A DNA stretch of 64,000 nucleotides from an uncultured Chloroflexia bacterium (GTDB taxonomy: Bacteria; Chloroflexota; Limnocylindria; QHBO01). The stretch spans positions 192,001-256,000 of the forward strand of contig CAWFCQ010000008.1 of NCBI GenBank assembly GCA_963814375.1. The letters are read 5' to 3'. A program made the position numbers and the translations under genes. Below, one piece after another: positions 21,395 through 31,137 of this stretch; position 1 is the stretch's first letter; every line of letters starts with the position of its first letter. Under the pieces are notes generated by a model. It was not told the DNA's origin. It ran no database searches and saw only the letters and a list, made by a program, of their open reading frames with translations.

Positions 21395-23614
21395 ATGGAG
21401 CTCTTGACCTGGGTGATCCCCGTGGCGGGGATCGTGGCCGTCCTCTTCGCGCTCTACCTCGCTCGTGACGTGATGTCGCGCGACACGGGGACGCCGGAGA
21501 TGGTGGCCGTCGGCGACACGATCCGCGAGGGTGCAGACGCCTTCGTGCGACGCCAGTACACGACGATCGCCGTCCTGGCGCTCGTCGGCGCGGTGATCAT
21601 CGGCATCGTCATCGCCCTCGTCGAGACGCCCGAGGTGGCCGACGTGCCGAGCCTGGCCGGCATTCCGATCGGGATCATGACGGCGATCGCCTTCCTCGTC
21701 GGCGCCGCCTGCTCGATGGCGTCCGGGATCATCGGCATGTTCGTCAGCGTTCGCTCCAACGTCCGGACCGCCGCGGCGGCGCGAACCAGCCTCGTCGGCG
21801 CGGTGCAGGTCGCGATGCGCGGCGGCGCGGTCTCCGGCTTCCTGGTCGTGGCCCTGTCGCTGCTGGGCGTGTGGGGCATCTTCACCGTCTACCAGGCCTT
21901 CTTCGACGTCACGGTGGCCGAGGCGCCGTTCCTCATCGTCGGCTTCGGGTTCGGGGCGAGCTTCGTCGCGCTCTTCGCCCAGCTCGGCGGCGGGATCTAC
22001 ACCAAGGCCGCCGACGTCGGCTCCGACCTCGTCGGCAAGGTCGAGGCGGGAATACCCGAGGACGATCCCCGCAACGCGGGCGTCATTGCCGACCTCGTGG
22101 GTGACAACGTCGGCGACTGCGCCGGCCGCGGCGCCGACCTCTTCGAGTCGACGGCCGCCGAGAACATCGGCGCCATGATCCTCGGCGTGGCCGCCTTCGC
22201 CATCGCGGAGAGCGCTGGCTGGCCGAACCCCGAGGCGTGGATCTTCTTCCCGCTCGTCGTGCGTGCCTTCGGCCTGCTTGCCACTATCGTCGCGATGTTC
22301 TTCATCCGGGGCTCGGAAACCGAGAACCCGATGAACATCCTCAACCGCGGCTACTGGGTCACCACCGTCCTCTCGGTTGGTGGGCTCGCCCTGACGACCT
22401 TCCTCATGATGAACACGAACGGCACGATCTCGAACGGCCTGCCGGTGTGGGTGTGGTTCTTCTTCGCCGGCCTGATCGGGCTCGCCACCAGCGTCGCCTT
22501 CGTCTACATCACCCAGTACTACACCGCCGGCTCCTTCCGCCCCGTGCGCGAGATCGCGGAGGCTTCGAGGACGGGCCCGGCGACGAACATCATCAGCGGC
22601 ACTGCGGTTGGCTTCGAGACGACGTTCGTGACCGCGATCTCGATCGGCATCGCGCTGATCGCGTCGCACTGGCTCGGCTCGCAGGCCGGACTCGTCAATG
22701 CCGCGGGTCACGACGTGGGCGGCATCTTCGGCACCGCGGTGGCGACGATGGCCATGCTGATGACCACCGCCTACATCCTGGCCATGGACACCTTCGGGCC
22801 GATCACCGACAACGCCGGCGGCGTCGCCGAGTTCAGCCGCTCGGAGGCCCATACGCGCGAGATCACCGATCGGCTCGACGCCGTGGGCAACACCACCAAG
22901 GCGCTGACCAAGGGCTACGCCATCGCGTCGGCGTCGCTCGCCGCCTTCCTGCTCTTCAGCGCCTATATCGACAAGGTCAACCTCATCATCGGCAACCAGA
23001 TCGCCGCCGGCCGCACCGATATCGAGCTCCTCACTGCGGTCAACCTGGCCGACGTCGGGGTCTTCGTGGCGGCGCTCATCGGGGCGATGATCGCGTACTT
23101 CTTCAGCAGCCTCGCGATCCGCGCGGTCGGCGTCACAGCGCAGTCGATCATCGTCGAGGTGCGACGGCAGTTCCGCGAGATGCCCGGGATCATGGACTAC
23201 TCGCAGCGCCCGGACTACGCCCGCGTGGTCGACATCACCACGCGCGCCGCGCTGCGCCAGATGGTGGCTCCCGGCCTCGTGGCCGTGGCCGCCCCGATCG
23301 CGGTCGGGCTGCTGCTCGGCTACCAGGCCGTCGCCGGCTTCCTGATGGTCGGCACCATCTCCGGCGTCCTTCTCGCCACCGTCCTGAACAACGGTGGTGG
23401 GGCGTGGGACAACGCCAAGAAGTACATCGAGTCGGGCAACCTGAAGGACGAGGACGGGAACGTCCTCGGCAAGAAGACGGAGGCCCACGCCGCAGCCGTG
23501 GTGGGCGACACGGTCGGTGATCCGTTCAAGGACACCGCCGGCCCTTCGCTCCACGTGCTCGTCAAGCTGTTCGCCACCATCACGCTGGTGCTGGCGCCGC
23601 TCTTCATCCGATAA
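21395..23614 (+). CDS. hppA: Membrane-bound proton-translocating pyrophosphatase, K+-independent type
   Basis: GGGIYTKAADVGSDLVGKVE, EDDPRN, DNVGD and GDTVGDPFKD motifs; GNTTK signature (Lys) marks K+-independent enzymes. Confidence 0.95.
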   Translation: MELLTWVIPVAGIVAVLFALYLARDVMSRDTGTPEMVAVGDTIREGADAFVRRQYTTIAVLALVGAVIIGIVIALVETPEVADVPSLAGIPIGIMTAIAFLVGAACSMASGIIGMFVSVRSNVRTAAAARTSLVGAVQVAMRGGAVSGFLVVALSLLGVWGIFTVYQAFFDVTVAEAPFLIVGFGFGASFVALFAQLGGGIYTKAADVGSDLVGKVEAGIPEDDPRNAGVIADLVGDNVGDCAGRGADLFESTAAENIGAMILGVAAFAIAESAGWPNPEAWIFFPLVVRAFGLLATIVAMFFIRGSETENPMNILNRGYWVTTVLSVGGLALTTFLMMNTNGTISNGLPVWVWFFFAGLIGLATSVAFVYITQYYTAGSFRPVREIAEASRTGPATNIISGTAVGFETTFVTAISIGIALIASHWLGSQAGLVNAAGHDVGGIFGTAVATMAMLMTTAYILAMDTFGPITDNAGGVAEFSRSEAHTREITDRLDAVGNTTKALTKGYAIASASLAAFLLFSAYIDKVNLIIGNQIAAGRTDIELLTAVNLADVGVFVAALIGAMIAYFFSSLAIRAVGVTAQSIIVEVRRQFREMPGIMDYSQRPDYARVVDITTRAALRQMVAPGLVAVAAPIAVGLLLGYQAVAGFLMVGTISGVLLATVLNNGGGAWDNAKKYIESGNLKDEDGNVLGKKTEAHAAAVVGDTVGDPFKDTAGPSLHVLVKLFATITLVLAPLFIR

Positions 23615-23635
23615 GGAGCGGGCACAGGGCCGATC

Positions 23636-23652
23636 GTATATACGTATATACT
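23636..23652. promoter_or_regulatory. Perfect palindrome GTATATACGTATATAC overlapping a TATACT -10 upstream of uppP
   Basis: 16-bp AT-rich self-complementary sequence in a GC-rich genome, ending 20 nt before the uppP ATG. Confidence 0.55.
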
Positions 23653-23671
23653 TTCGGCCGCGCCCACAACC

Positions 23672-24517
23672 ATGGACGTCGTCTTCCAGGCCGCGGTCGT
23701 CGGGATCATCCAGGGGCTGACAGAGTTCATCCCCGTCAGCTCCTCCGCGCATCTCGAGCTCGTGCCATGGATCTTCGGATGGGAGTCGGACGCCCTGATC
23801 GGGTCGCTCGCCTTCGATGTCTTCCTCCACCTCGGAACGCTCGTCGCGCTGCTCGTCGTCTTCGGCGGCGACTGGCTGCGCTACATCCGGGCGGCACTGG
23901 CCAGCATCCGCGAGCGCCGCATCGGCGACGATCCGGAGCGACGGCTGGCATGGCTCCTCGTCCTCGCCACTATCCCGGCGGCGCTCATCGGCTTCGCCTT
24001 CGAGGACCTGATCGAGACGACGTTCCACGGCGACAGCGATGCCGCGCGGCTCGCGATCGCCGCGTTCCTGGTGGTGGGCGCCGTGATCCTGTGGCTGGCG
24101 GACCGGCTCGGCAGCCGGCGCCGTGAGATGAACGACCTCCGCGCCCCGAGCGCGCTGGCGGTCGGCTTGTCGCAGGCGGCCGCGCTGCTGCCGGGCATCA
24201 GCCGATCCGGAGCAACGATCAGCGCCGGGCTGGCGATCGGACTGACGCGCGAGGCCGCCGCGCGCTTCAGCTTCCTGCTCGCCACGCCGATCACGCTCGG
24301 CGCCGGCCTGTATGGATCGCGCCGGCTCCTGACCGAGCCGCACAGCGGCACGGAGTGGGTGGCGATCGTCGTCGGCTTCGTCGCGGCGGCGGTGGCCGGG
24401 ATGATCGCGATCCGCTTCCTTCTCGCCTGGCTGCGCGAGCGATCGGTCGCGGTCTTCAGCCTCTACCGAATCGGCCTGGCGGCCCTCGTGGTCGCGCTCG
24501 TCGCCGCCGGCCGTTGA
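23672..24517 (+). CDS. uppP: Undecaprenyl-diphosphate phosphatase (BacA)
   Basis: QGLTEFIPVSSSAH and PGISRSGAT motifs; multiple TM helices. Confidence 0.95.
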   Translation: MDVVFQAAVVGIIQGLTEFIPVSSSAHLELVPWIFGWESDALIGSLAFDVFLHLGTLVALLVVFGGDWLRYIRAALASIRERRIGDDPERRLAWLLVLATIPAALIGFAFEDLIETTFHGDSDAARLAIAAFLVVGAVILWLADRLGSRRREMNDLRAPSALAVGLSQAAALLPGISRSGATISAGLAIGLTREAAARFSFLLATPITLGAGLYGSRRLLTEPHSGTEWVAIVVGFVAAAVAGMIAIRFLLAWLRERSVAVFSLYRIGLAALVVALVAAGR

Positions 24518-24530
24518 GCGTCCGGAGGCT

Positions 24531-24559
24531 TTGACGCGGGAGGCTTGCACGCCTACAAT
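24531..24559 (+). promoter_or_regulatory. Sigma70-type promoter of greA
   Basis: TTGACG-N17-TACAAT. Confidence 0.75.
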
Positions 24560-24610
24560 CTGGCGACCGTCGCCGAAGCGGCGGACTGCCTGGCCCATCG
24601 GGTACGGCCA

Positions 24611-24658
24611 GCTTCAGGAGACGCCGCGGATGGCGCGGGGCCTGAAGCGTTTTTTGTT
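24611..24658 (+). terminator. Intrinsic terminator in the greA 5' leader (attenuator)
   Basis: GCTTCAGG...CCTGAAGC stem followed by GTTTTTTGTT, located between the promoter and the greA start. Confidence 0.7.
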
Positions 24659-24745
24659 ATCGGAGCGCGGACAAGCCGACCCGTTGCGACCCCATGACGG
24701 GCCGATGCCTCTCCCGGAGGCGCCGCAGGAGGAAGAGGGGGCACA

Positions 24746-25213
24746 GTGACCATGAACACCAAGCCCGTCTATCTCACCGCCGAGGGCCTCGCCAAGCTCA
24801 AGGCCGAGCTCAACGAGCTCATCACCGTCGACCGGCCGCGCGTTGCTGCGCGGATCCACGAGGCGAAGCTGGACGGTGACCTGTCTGAGAACGCCGAGTA
24901 CGAGGATGCCAAGCAGGAGCAGTCGTTCCTGGAAGGCCGCATCGCGACGCTCGAGCTCCAGCTCCGGAACGCCGAGGTCATCGAGAAGACCAATGGCGAC
25001 AAGGTCGGGATCGGCTCGAAGGTCGTGATCAAGGGCGGCGACGGCGAGGAGACATTCACCATCGTCGGTTCCGCCGAGGCAGCCCCCCGCGAGGGCCGCA
25101 TCAGCAACGAGTCGCCGGTCGGCGCCGCGCTGATGGGACTCAAGAAGGGCGACAGTTTCACGGTCCAGGCGCCCGCCGGGCCGATCGAGTACACGCTCGT
25201 CCGCATCGGCTGA
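24746..25213 (+). CDS. greA: Transcription elongation factor GreA
   Basis: GDLSENAEY, IVGSAEA and ISNESPVG motifs; start may be ATG 24752. Confidence 0.96.
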   Translation: MTMNTKPVYLTAEGLAKLKAELNELITVDRPRVAARIHEAKLDGDLSENAEYEDAKQEQSFLEGRIATLELQLRNAEVIEKTNGDKVGIGSKVVIKGGDGEETFTIVGSAEAAPREGRISNESPVGAALMGLKKGDSFTVQAPAGPIEYTLVRIG

Positions 25214-25219
25214 GCAGCC

Positions 25220-26818
25220 GTGTTCTGGGCTGACGAGCTCGCGACGTCGGCCACCGGTCCCCAGGTCGTCAACGACTCGAAGACGCCCTCGGGGACCGTC
25301 CATGTCGGCAGCCTGCGCGGTCCGGTGGTGGTCGACACCATCGCACGCGCGCTCCGCGACGCCGGAGTTCCGGTCGAGCTGCGCTACGGCGTCGACGATC
25401 TCGACCCGATGGACGCCCAGGCGCTCCTCACCCCCGATGCCATCGAGCGGTCGATGGGGGTGCCGCTGTCCCGCGTGCAGGATCCAGCCGGCGACTGCCA
25501 CGCGTCGTACGCCCGGCACTTCGCGCAGGTCTTCATCGACACCTTCGACGGGCTCGGCATCCGCCCGGACACCTATTACTGGATGAGCGAGGTCTACGGC
25601 TCGGGCGCCATGGACCGATACATCCGCACCGCGCTCGACGCCGCCCCGGTGATCCGCGACATCTACCGCCGGGTGGCGAACGTCAACCACCCCGACGAGT
25701 GGCACCCGCTGTTCGTCATCTGCGAGAGCTGCGGCCGCATCGGCACGACGATCGTCACCGGCTGGGACGGCGAGCGCGTCCGCTACGAGTGTCGCGCCGA
25801 TCTCGTGCAGTGGGCGACCGGCTGCGGGCACGCCGGCGAGGTCTCGCCGTTCGGCGGGCGCGCCAAGCTTCCCTACAACGTCGACTGGGCCGCCAAGTGG
25901 GACCTCTTCGGCGTCACGATCGAGCCCGCCGGCAAGGACCTCTCGACCAAGGGTGGCTCCCGGGACCGATCCGACGCAATTGCACGCGAGGTGTTCGGCA
26001 ACGAGCCGCCGCGCAACGTGCCGTACGAGTTCCTCAACATCGGCGGCAAGAAGATGTCGACCTCGAAGGGCCTCGGGGCGTCGGCGGCGCGCGTCGCCGA
26101 GGTGATTCCGCCCGAGCAGCTGCGTCTGCTCTTCCTGCGTCCGAAGCCCAACACGGCGATCGAGTTCGACCCCGACGGCACCGATGCCATCCCGCGCCTC
26201 TTTGACGAGTCGGACCGGCTCGCCGGCGCGACCGCGGGACGGGAGGTGCGCGGCGAGCTGCCGGCCGACCACGAGCGGCTCTTCGCACTCAGCCTGGTGG
26301 AGCCCGATGCCGATGTCGCCTCGGAGGCCGGCGCCTACCGGCCCGCGTTCAGCCACCTGGCCCTGCTCGACCAGATTCCGGGGATCGACGTCGGCGAGCG
26401 CGTGGCAGCCGAGAAGGGCTCGGCACTGACGGAGCGGGAGACCGAGATTCTCGGCGAGCGCCGCGCGGCGGCACGCTCCTGGCTCGAGACGTACGCGCCG
26501 GAGCGGGCGCGGCTCGCCGTGCAACGTGATGCCCTGCCCGCCGAGGCGGCGGACGCCGACGGTGCCCAGCGGAGCTATCTCGGCGCGCTGGCCGAGGCGC
26601 TCCAGGACGTCGAGTGGAACGGGGAGTCGCTCCAGGCCGCGATCTTCGCCACGGCGACCGAGCGCGACCTGCCGGCCGGCCGAGCCTTCGCGGCGATCTA
26701 CCTTGCGTTCCTCGGCCGCCCGTCTGGGCCGCGCGCCGGCTGGCTGCTTGCGGCGCTCGACCGCGACTTCGTCATCGGCCGCCTCCACGAGGCCGGCGGG
26801 GTCGGGGTGCGGCCATGA
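25220..26818 (+). CDS. lysS: Class I lysyl-tRNA synthetase (LysK type)
   Basis: WADE N-terminus, TPSGTVHVGS (HIGH), DDLD, CxxCG, EPAGKD, KMSTSKG, GPRAG. Confidence 0.93.
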   Translation: MFWADELATSATGPQVVNDSKTPSGTVHVGSLRGPVVVDTIARALRDAGVPVELRYGVDDLDPMDAQALLTPDAIERSMGVPLSRVQDPAGDCHASYARHFAQVFIDTFDGLGIRPDTYYWMSEVYGSGAMDRYIRTALDAAPVIRDIYRRVANVNHPDEWHPLFVICESCGRIGTTIVTGWDGERVRYECRADLVQWATGCGHAGEVSPFGGRAKLPYNVDWAAKWDLFGVTIEPAGKDLSTKGGSRDRSDAIAREVFGNEPPRNVPYEFLNIGGKKMSTSKGLGASAARVAEVIPPEQLRLLFLRPKPNTAIEFDPDGTDAIPRLFDESDRLAGATAGREVRGELPADHERLFALSLVEPDADVASEAGAYRPAFSHLALLDQIPGIDVGERVAAEKGSALTERETEILGERRAAARSWLETYAPERARLAVQRDALPAEAADADGAQRSYLGALAEALQDVEWNGESLQAAIFATATERDLPAGRAFAAIYLAFLGRPSGPRAGWLLAALDRDFVIGRLHEAGGVGVRP

Positions 26819-28110
26819 GCGTCGGGCTGCAGCGGCTGCGTGACGACAACGATCGGTTGAGGCTGGCCGCCGGCGACAAGGGCGAGGACCCGACGATCGT
26901 CGACCGTGCGCTCGAGCTCGACGAGCGGCGTCGCGCGCTCGTGGCCGAGGGAGACTCGCTCAAGGCCGAACGCAACGAGGCGAGCCGGCGCATCGGCGAG
27001 GCGGTCCGCGGCGGCGCCGATGCCAGCGGGCCGGAGGTGGCGGAGCTCAAGCAGGCATCGGCCGCCGTGGCTGATCGAATCGCGGCGATCGACGCGGAGC
27101 TCGAGCGGGTCCAGGCCGATCTCGATGACGCGATGCTGCGGATCCCGAACCCGGCTGACCCGGATGTGCCGGTCGGCGGCGAGGAGGCGAACCAGGTCGT
27201 GCGGACCTGGGGCGAGCCACTGCCGCGCGGGGATCTGCGCCCGCACTGGGAGATCGGCGAGTCGCTCGGGATCATCGACAACGCCCGCGGCGCGAAGGTC
27301 ACCGGCTCCGGCTGGCCGGTATACGTCGGCGACGGCGCCACTCTCCAGCGGGCCCTCATCGGCTGGTTCCTGGACACCCATTCGCGCGAGAACGGGATGA
27401 CCGAGGTGTGGCCGCCGGTGCTCGTCAACGCCGACAGCGCCCGCGGAACGGGGCAGATCCCGGACAAGGAGGACCAGATGTACGTCGCCACGCGCGACGA
27501 CCTCTACCTGGTTCCGACCGCGGAGGTGCCCGTCACGAACCTCCACCGCGACGAGATCTTCGAGGCCGATGCGCTGCCGCGACGCTACGCGGCCTACTCG
27601 GCATCGTTCCGCCGCGAGGCCGGCGCCGCCGGCCGCGACACGCGCGGGATCCTGCGGGTCCACCAGTTCGACAAGGTCGAGATGGTCAGCTTCACGCGCC
27701 CGGAGCACTCGGCCGATGAGCTGGAGTGGCTGACCGGCTGCGCCGAGAGGCTCCTTCAGCGGCTCGGGCTCGCCTACCGGGTCGTGCTGATGAGCACGCG
27801 AGAGATGGGCTTCGTGCAGGCCAAGAAGTACGACCTCGAGGTCTGGGCGCCGGGGGCCGAGCGCTGGCTCGAGGTGAGCAGCGTCAGCAACTTCCGTGAC
27901 TACCAGGCGCGCCGCATGGCGATTCGCTACCGATCCGGGGCGGGCGCCCGGGCTGACCTGGTCCACACCCTCAACGGCTCGGGTCTCGCCCTGCCGCGCA
28001 CGGTTGCCGCGCTGCTCGAGACCTACCAGCAGCCGGACGGCAGCGTGACCCTGCCCGAGGTGCTGCGCCCGGCGTTTGGCGGCCGCGATCGGATCGCTGC
28101 CACCGCCTGA
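26815..28110 (+). CDS. serS: Seryl-tRNA synthetase
   Basis: N-terminal coiled coil; PTAEVP, FRREAG, RVHQFDKVE, EVSSVSN and TLNGSGLA motifs. Confidence 0.96.
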   Translation: MSVGLQRLRDDNDRLRLAAGDKGEDPTIVDRALELDERRRALVAEGDSLKAERNEASRRIGEAVRGGADASGPEVAELKQASAAVADRIAAIDAELERVQADLDDAMLRIPNPADPDVPVGGEEANQVVRTWGEPLPRGDLRPHWEIGESLGIIDNARGAKVTGSGWPVYVGDGATLQRALIGWFLDTHSRENGMTEVWPPVLVNADSARGTGQIPDKEDQMYVATRDDLYLVPTAEVPVTNLHRDEIFEADALPRRYAAYSASFRREAGAAGRDTRGILRVHQFDKVEMVSFTRPEHSADELEWLTGCAERLLQRLGLAYRVVLMSTREMGFVQAKKYDLEVWAPGAERWLEVSSVSNFRDYQARRMAIRYRSGAGARADLVHTLNGSGLALPRTVAALLETYQQPDGSVTLPEVLRPAFGGRDRIAATA

Positions 28111-28870
28111 TCAGGGTTGCGCTTCCGGCGGCTCGCAGGTGAACTCGATCGTCCCCGCTACGTCGATGGGGTCTGCCTGGCCGAAGCCGGTCTCGTAGGC
28201 CTCGTTGCGCACGAGGCCAGCGAACTCGACGCTGCCCGTCAGGCCATCGGTGCTCGCCGTGACCGTGCTCGACGGGTCGCTGACCATGACGACCTCGGTC
28301 GGGCTCCCGTCCTCGGCGATCGGGCCGGTGTTGCCCAGCAGGACCCACACCTCGTGGTCATCGTCACGCGGGTACGTCGCGTCCCACAGGTCACCCGTCG
28401 CGAATGAGATGTGGGCGATGACCCAGTCTCCCAGGTCGATGCCCCGGCCGGAGTCGATCGACACCTGGAGGTTTTCTCCGCCGCTCGTCGATGAGCAGGT
28501 CACGTCATGCGTCGACTCTGACGCCTGCGGGCTGGTGAGCACCACGGTCATGGAGCCCGCGCTCGGAACTGGAAGCTCACGCGCCGGGCCCGAGCACCTG
28601 GCCGACGATCAGCCCGATGGCGATCGCCCCTACGACCGCACCGATCGACCGGGACAGCGGGCGCGGAATCAGCAGGGCAACCACCGCGATGATGCCGAGG
28701 CCGATGGCGGCGATCGTGATGACGATGGCGTTGTACGGCTGCCACAGCTCCCAGTCGAGCCAGGCGCCGACGACGGCTGCGATCGCCGCGACAACGAGCA
28801 GGCCGCCGATCCACCACCAGCGCAGCCGGCGGCTCGGAGCCATCTCGGGCGTGATCTCTGGTGCGGTCAT
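28111..28870 (-). CDS. Hypothetical membrane protein (3 TM + extracellular domain; frameshift near 28575)
   Basis: ORFs 28577-28870 (TM helices) and 28111-28551 (soluble domain) join with one frame change; AGGAGG RBS upstream. Confidence 0.6.
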
Positions 28871-28966
28871 GGTTGACGGTGTGCCTCCTGCTCGGTGGAG
28901 CCCGTCCATTGGCGCCGCGGATCATACGGGGTCCGGCGCTCGCCTGGGGCTTCCCTTCCGCGGAGG

Positions 28967-29425
28967 TCAGTGGTGCCCGTGGATGACGGCGTGGCCCCGG
29001 CCGCGCGAGATGAGCCAGCGGTTGACCGGGAAGGCAACGACCCAGGCGATGGCGAGCGCGACCGCCAGGCTGCCCCAGAAGAGGAGGCTGTCGAGGTGGG
29101 CATCCATGGCGCCCGGGATGACGAGCATGATCGCGTTGTCGACGAGCTCCATGATCGCGATCGAGATCGTGTCGGCCACGAGCGCGAGTCCCATGGCCCG
29201 GCCCAGCGCCATCCCGGAGGCGATCAGCGGCCAGACGGTGAGGCTGTACCCGAAGACGAAGGCGAGACCGATGGCGAGGACGATCGTCGCCGCCGTGCTC
29301 CAGCCCAACGCCGTGCCGATCACCATTCCGGCCACCTCGCCGATGGCGCATCCCGTCAGGCAGTGCGTGGTGGCCCTGGCCGCAAGCCGGTTGAGCGACT
29401 CGCCCGCTCGCCCCGCGTGGTCCAC
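28967..29425 (-). CDS. DUF4396-like membrane protein
   Basis: ATTHCLTGCAIGEVAG, DTISIAIME and PVNRWLI motifs; His-rich C-terminus. Confidence 0.85.
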   Translation of the reverse strand: MDHAGRAGESLNRLAARATTHCLTGCAIGEVAGMVIGTALGWSTAATIVLAIGLAFVFGYSLTVWPLIASGMALGRAMGLALVADTISIAIMELVDNAIMLVIPGAMDAHLDSLLFWGSLAVALAIAWVVAFPVNRWLISRGRGHAVIHGHH

Positions 29426-29427
29426 GA

Positions 29428-30633
29428 TCAGGCGGTCGTGGCGGGAGCCTCCGCGACCTCGGGCGGAAGTTCCTCGATCGCCGGCGGGGTAGCCGGACGG
29501 AGCCCGAACAGCGTCCGCATCGGTCCTACCCGTCGGACCGCGTACTCGTACAGCAACCAGGTGGCGCCGAACGACCCGGCGACGATGGCGATGTGCTTGA
29601 CCCACATCCCGACCGGCCACGTCACCGCCACGACGGCGATCGCCACCACGATCGGGTGGTGCAGCACGTAGAAGGGCAGCACCGCGTCGCTCGCATAGTC
29701 CAGCGCGGCGGTCCGCCGCGTCAGGTAGCGAATCGCGAAGCCGAGGACGGCCATCACCCACAACGTCGTTGCGGCGGATCGAACGACGAGGTACGCGACG
29801 CCCTCGGGCGTGATGGCCAGCACCCGCTCGAACTCCCACAACCGATCCATGGCGACGAACGGCACGAGGCCGATCGATGCCGCGATGGCACCGGCCATCA
29901 GCAACCAGCGCCGCCTGGTCAGCGCCTCGCCGAATCGATCGTCTGCAACCAGCATCGCACCGGCGATCACGAATCCGAGACCCAGGATGAAGTCCGCCCA
30001 GTCATACAGCTGCGGGAAGAACGGCCGCAGCGCGAGCTGTGCGACGACCAACGCAGCCAGCAGGCCGACCGTCCCAAGCACCCGCCCGCCCGGCGTAGCC
30101 ATGCGTCCAATCAGGCGGCGGCCCGGCTCGGATCGGAGCCACACCAGCGCCGGGAGGGAGAGGATCCCGTACAGGAAGAGGAAGCCGATGAACCAGAGGT
30201 GATAGCCGTAGACCCCGAGCCAGCTCGGGCCGGTCGGGATCGGCAGTGCGGCGAACCACCCGGGGACGAAGCCCGCCAGCGACTCCTGCGAGCCGCCATT
30301 GACGGCGGCCAGCCAGGCCTGGAGCGGGCTGATGAGGAGGAAGCCGAGGACGATCGGGGGGAGCAGGCGCTGGACGCGCTGCATCGCGAACGCGCGGGCA
30401 GGGCGCGTCTCGAGCGCGAACCATGCCGCTGCACCGGAGAGCATGAACAGCAGCGGGAGACCGAAGAGATAGCCGAAGCCGGCGAACGCGCTCAGCGCCA
30501 GGCTGCGCTCGTCATCCTGGATCAGCCAGCCGGCGATGGTGAAGACCTGGGCGGTGTGGTAGTAGCACACGCCGATGACGAGGATCACCTTCAGCCAGTC
30601 GATCCAGGGCAGATGCTCGCTCGGGCGTGCCAT
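29428..30633 (-). CDS. Acyltransferase family 3 (OafA/MdoC-like) membrane protein
   Basis: WIDWLK, LFMLSG, RVQRLL, HLWFI and PFYVLH motifs. Confidence 0.87.
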   Translation of the reverse strand: MARPSEHLPWIDWLKVILVIGVCYYHTAQVFTIAGWLIQDDERSLALSAFAGFGYLFGLPLLFMLSGAAAWFALETRPARAFAMQRVQRLLPPIVLGFLLISPLQAWLAAVNGGSQESLAGFVPGWFAALPIPTGPSWLGVYGYHLWFIGFLFLYGILSLPALVWLRSEPGRRLIGRMATPGGRVLGTVGLLAALVVAQLALRPFFPQLYDWADFILGLGFVIAGAMLVADDRFGEALTRRRWLLMAGAIAASIGLVPFVAMDRLWEFERVLAITPEGVAYLVVRSAATTLWVMAVLGFAIRYLTRRTAALDYASDAVLPFYVLHHPIVVAIAVVAVTWPVGMWVKHIAIVAGSFGATWLLYEYAVRRVGPMRTLFGLRPATPPAIEELPPEVAEAPATTA

Positions 30634-30723
30634 CGGCGCGGATCATGCTCCGCTCCACCGCTTGCCCGCAAGGTTTCTTTGCACCGGGCTGCCGGACGAC
30701 CTTGCTACTCTGGAGACCGCCGC

Positions 30724-30813
30724 GGAGGGGTGGCAGAGCGGACGAATGCGCCGGTCTTGAAAACCGGAGTGGGTGCAAGCCCACCGTGGGTTCGAATCCC
30801 ACCCCCTCCGCCA
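30724..30813 (+). tRNA. tRNA-Ser(TGA)
   Basis: Cloverleaf with CCGGT-CTTGAAA-ACCGG anticodon arm, long variable arm, TTCGAAT and CCA. Confidence 0.96.
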
Positions 30814-31137
30814 CGGCCGATGAGGGTCAGAAGCGGTCGCAGGTGCAGGCGGCCGTGCGTCGGGCAGTTGGCTTCCACCAGTGATCGGGGCAGCCGCCGA
30901 CGATCGATCGCATCATGGCGCGCCGCTCCCACCAGCCCGCGGCGGTGCGGCGCGCACCGCCCTCGATCACTCTCAGGGTCACCGTCGTGGCTGGCATGGC
31001 CATCGCGTTCATGGTCATCGGTCTTCTCCCATCCATCGGTCGATTGGTCAATGGAGCCGATGGTGGCGGCGGGGCGCGCCCTGGTCGTCCGACGCAGGAC
31101 GGTCGGCGCACCGGACATCCGCACGCGAAGCGCTACG

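Noticed and set aside
21335-24598. Very long antisense or alternate-frame ORFs (e.g. 1087 aa, 998 aa, 918 aa)
   Set aside because: These are shadow ORFs caused by high GC3 opposite well-supported genes, with Arg/Gly/Ala-rich non-protein composition.
30814-31137. Possible small membrane ORF (from 30915, +) between tRNA-Ser and tdk
   Set aside because: It has one hydrophobic stretch but runs 250 nt antisense into tdk with no clear start or stop, so it cannot be supported.
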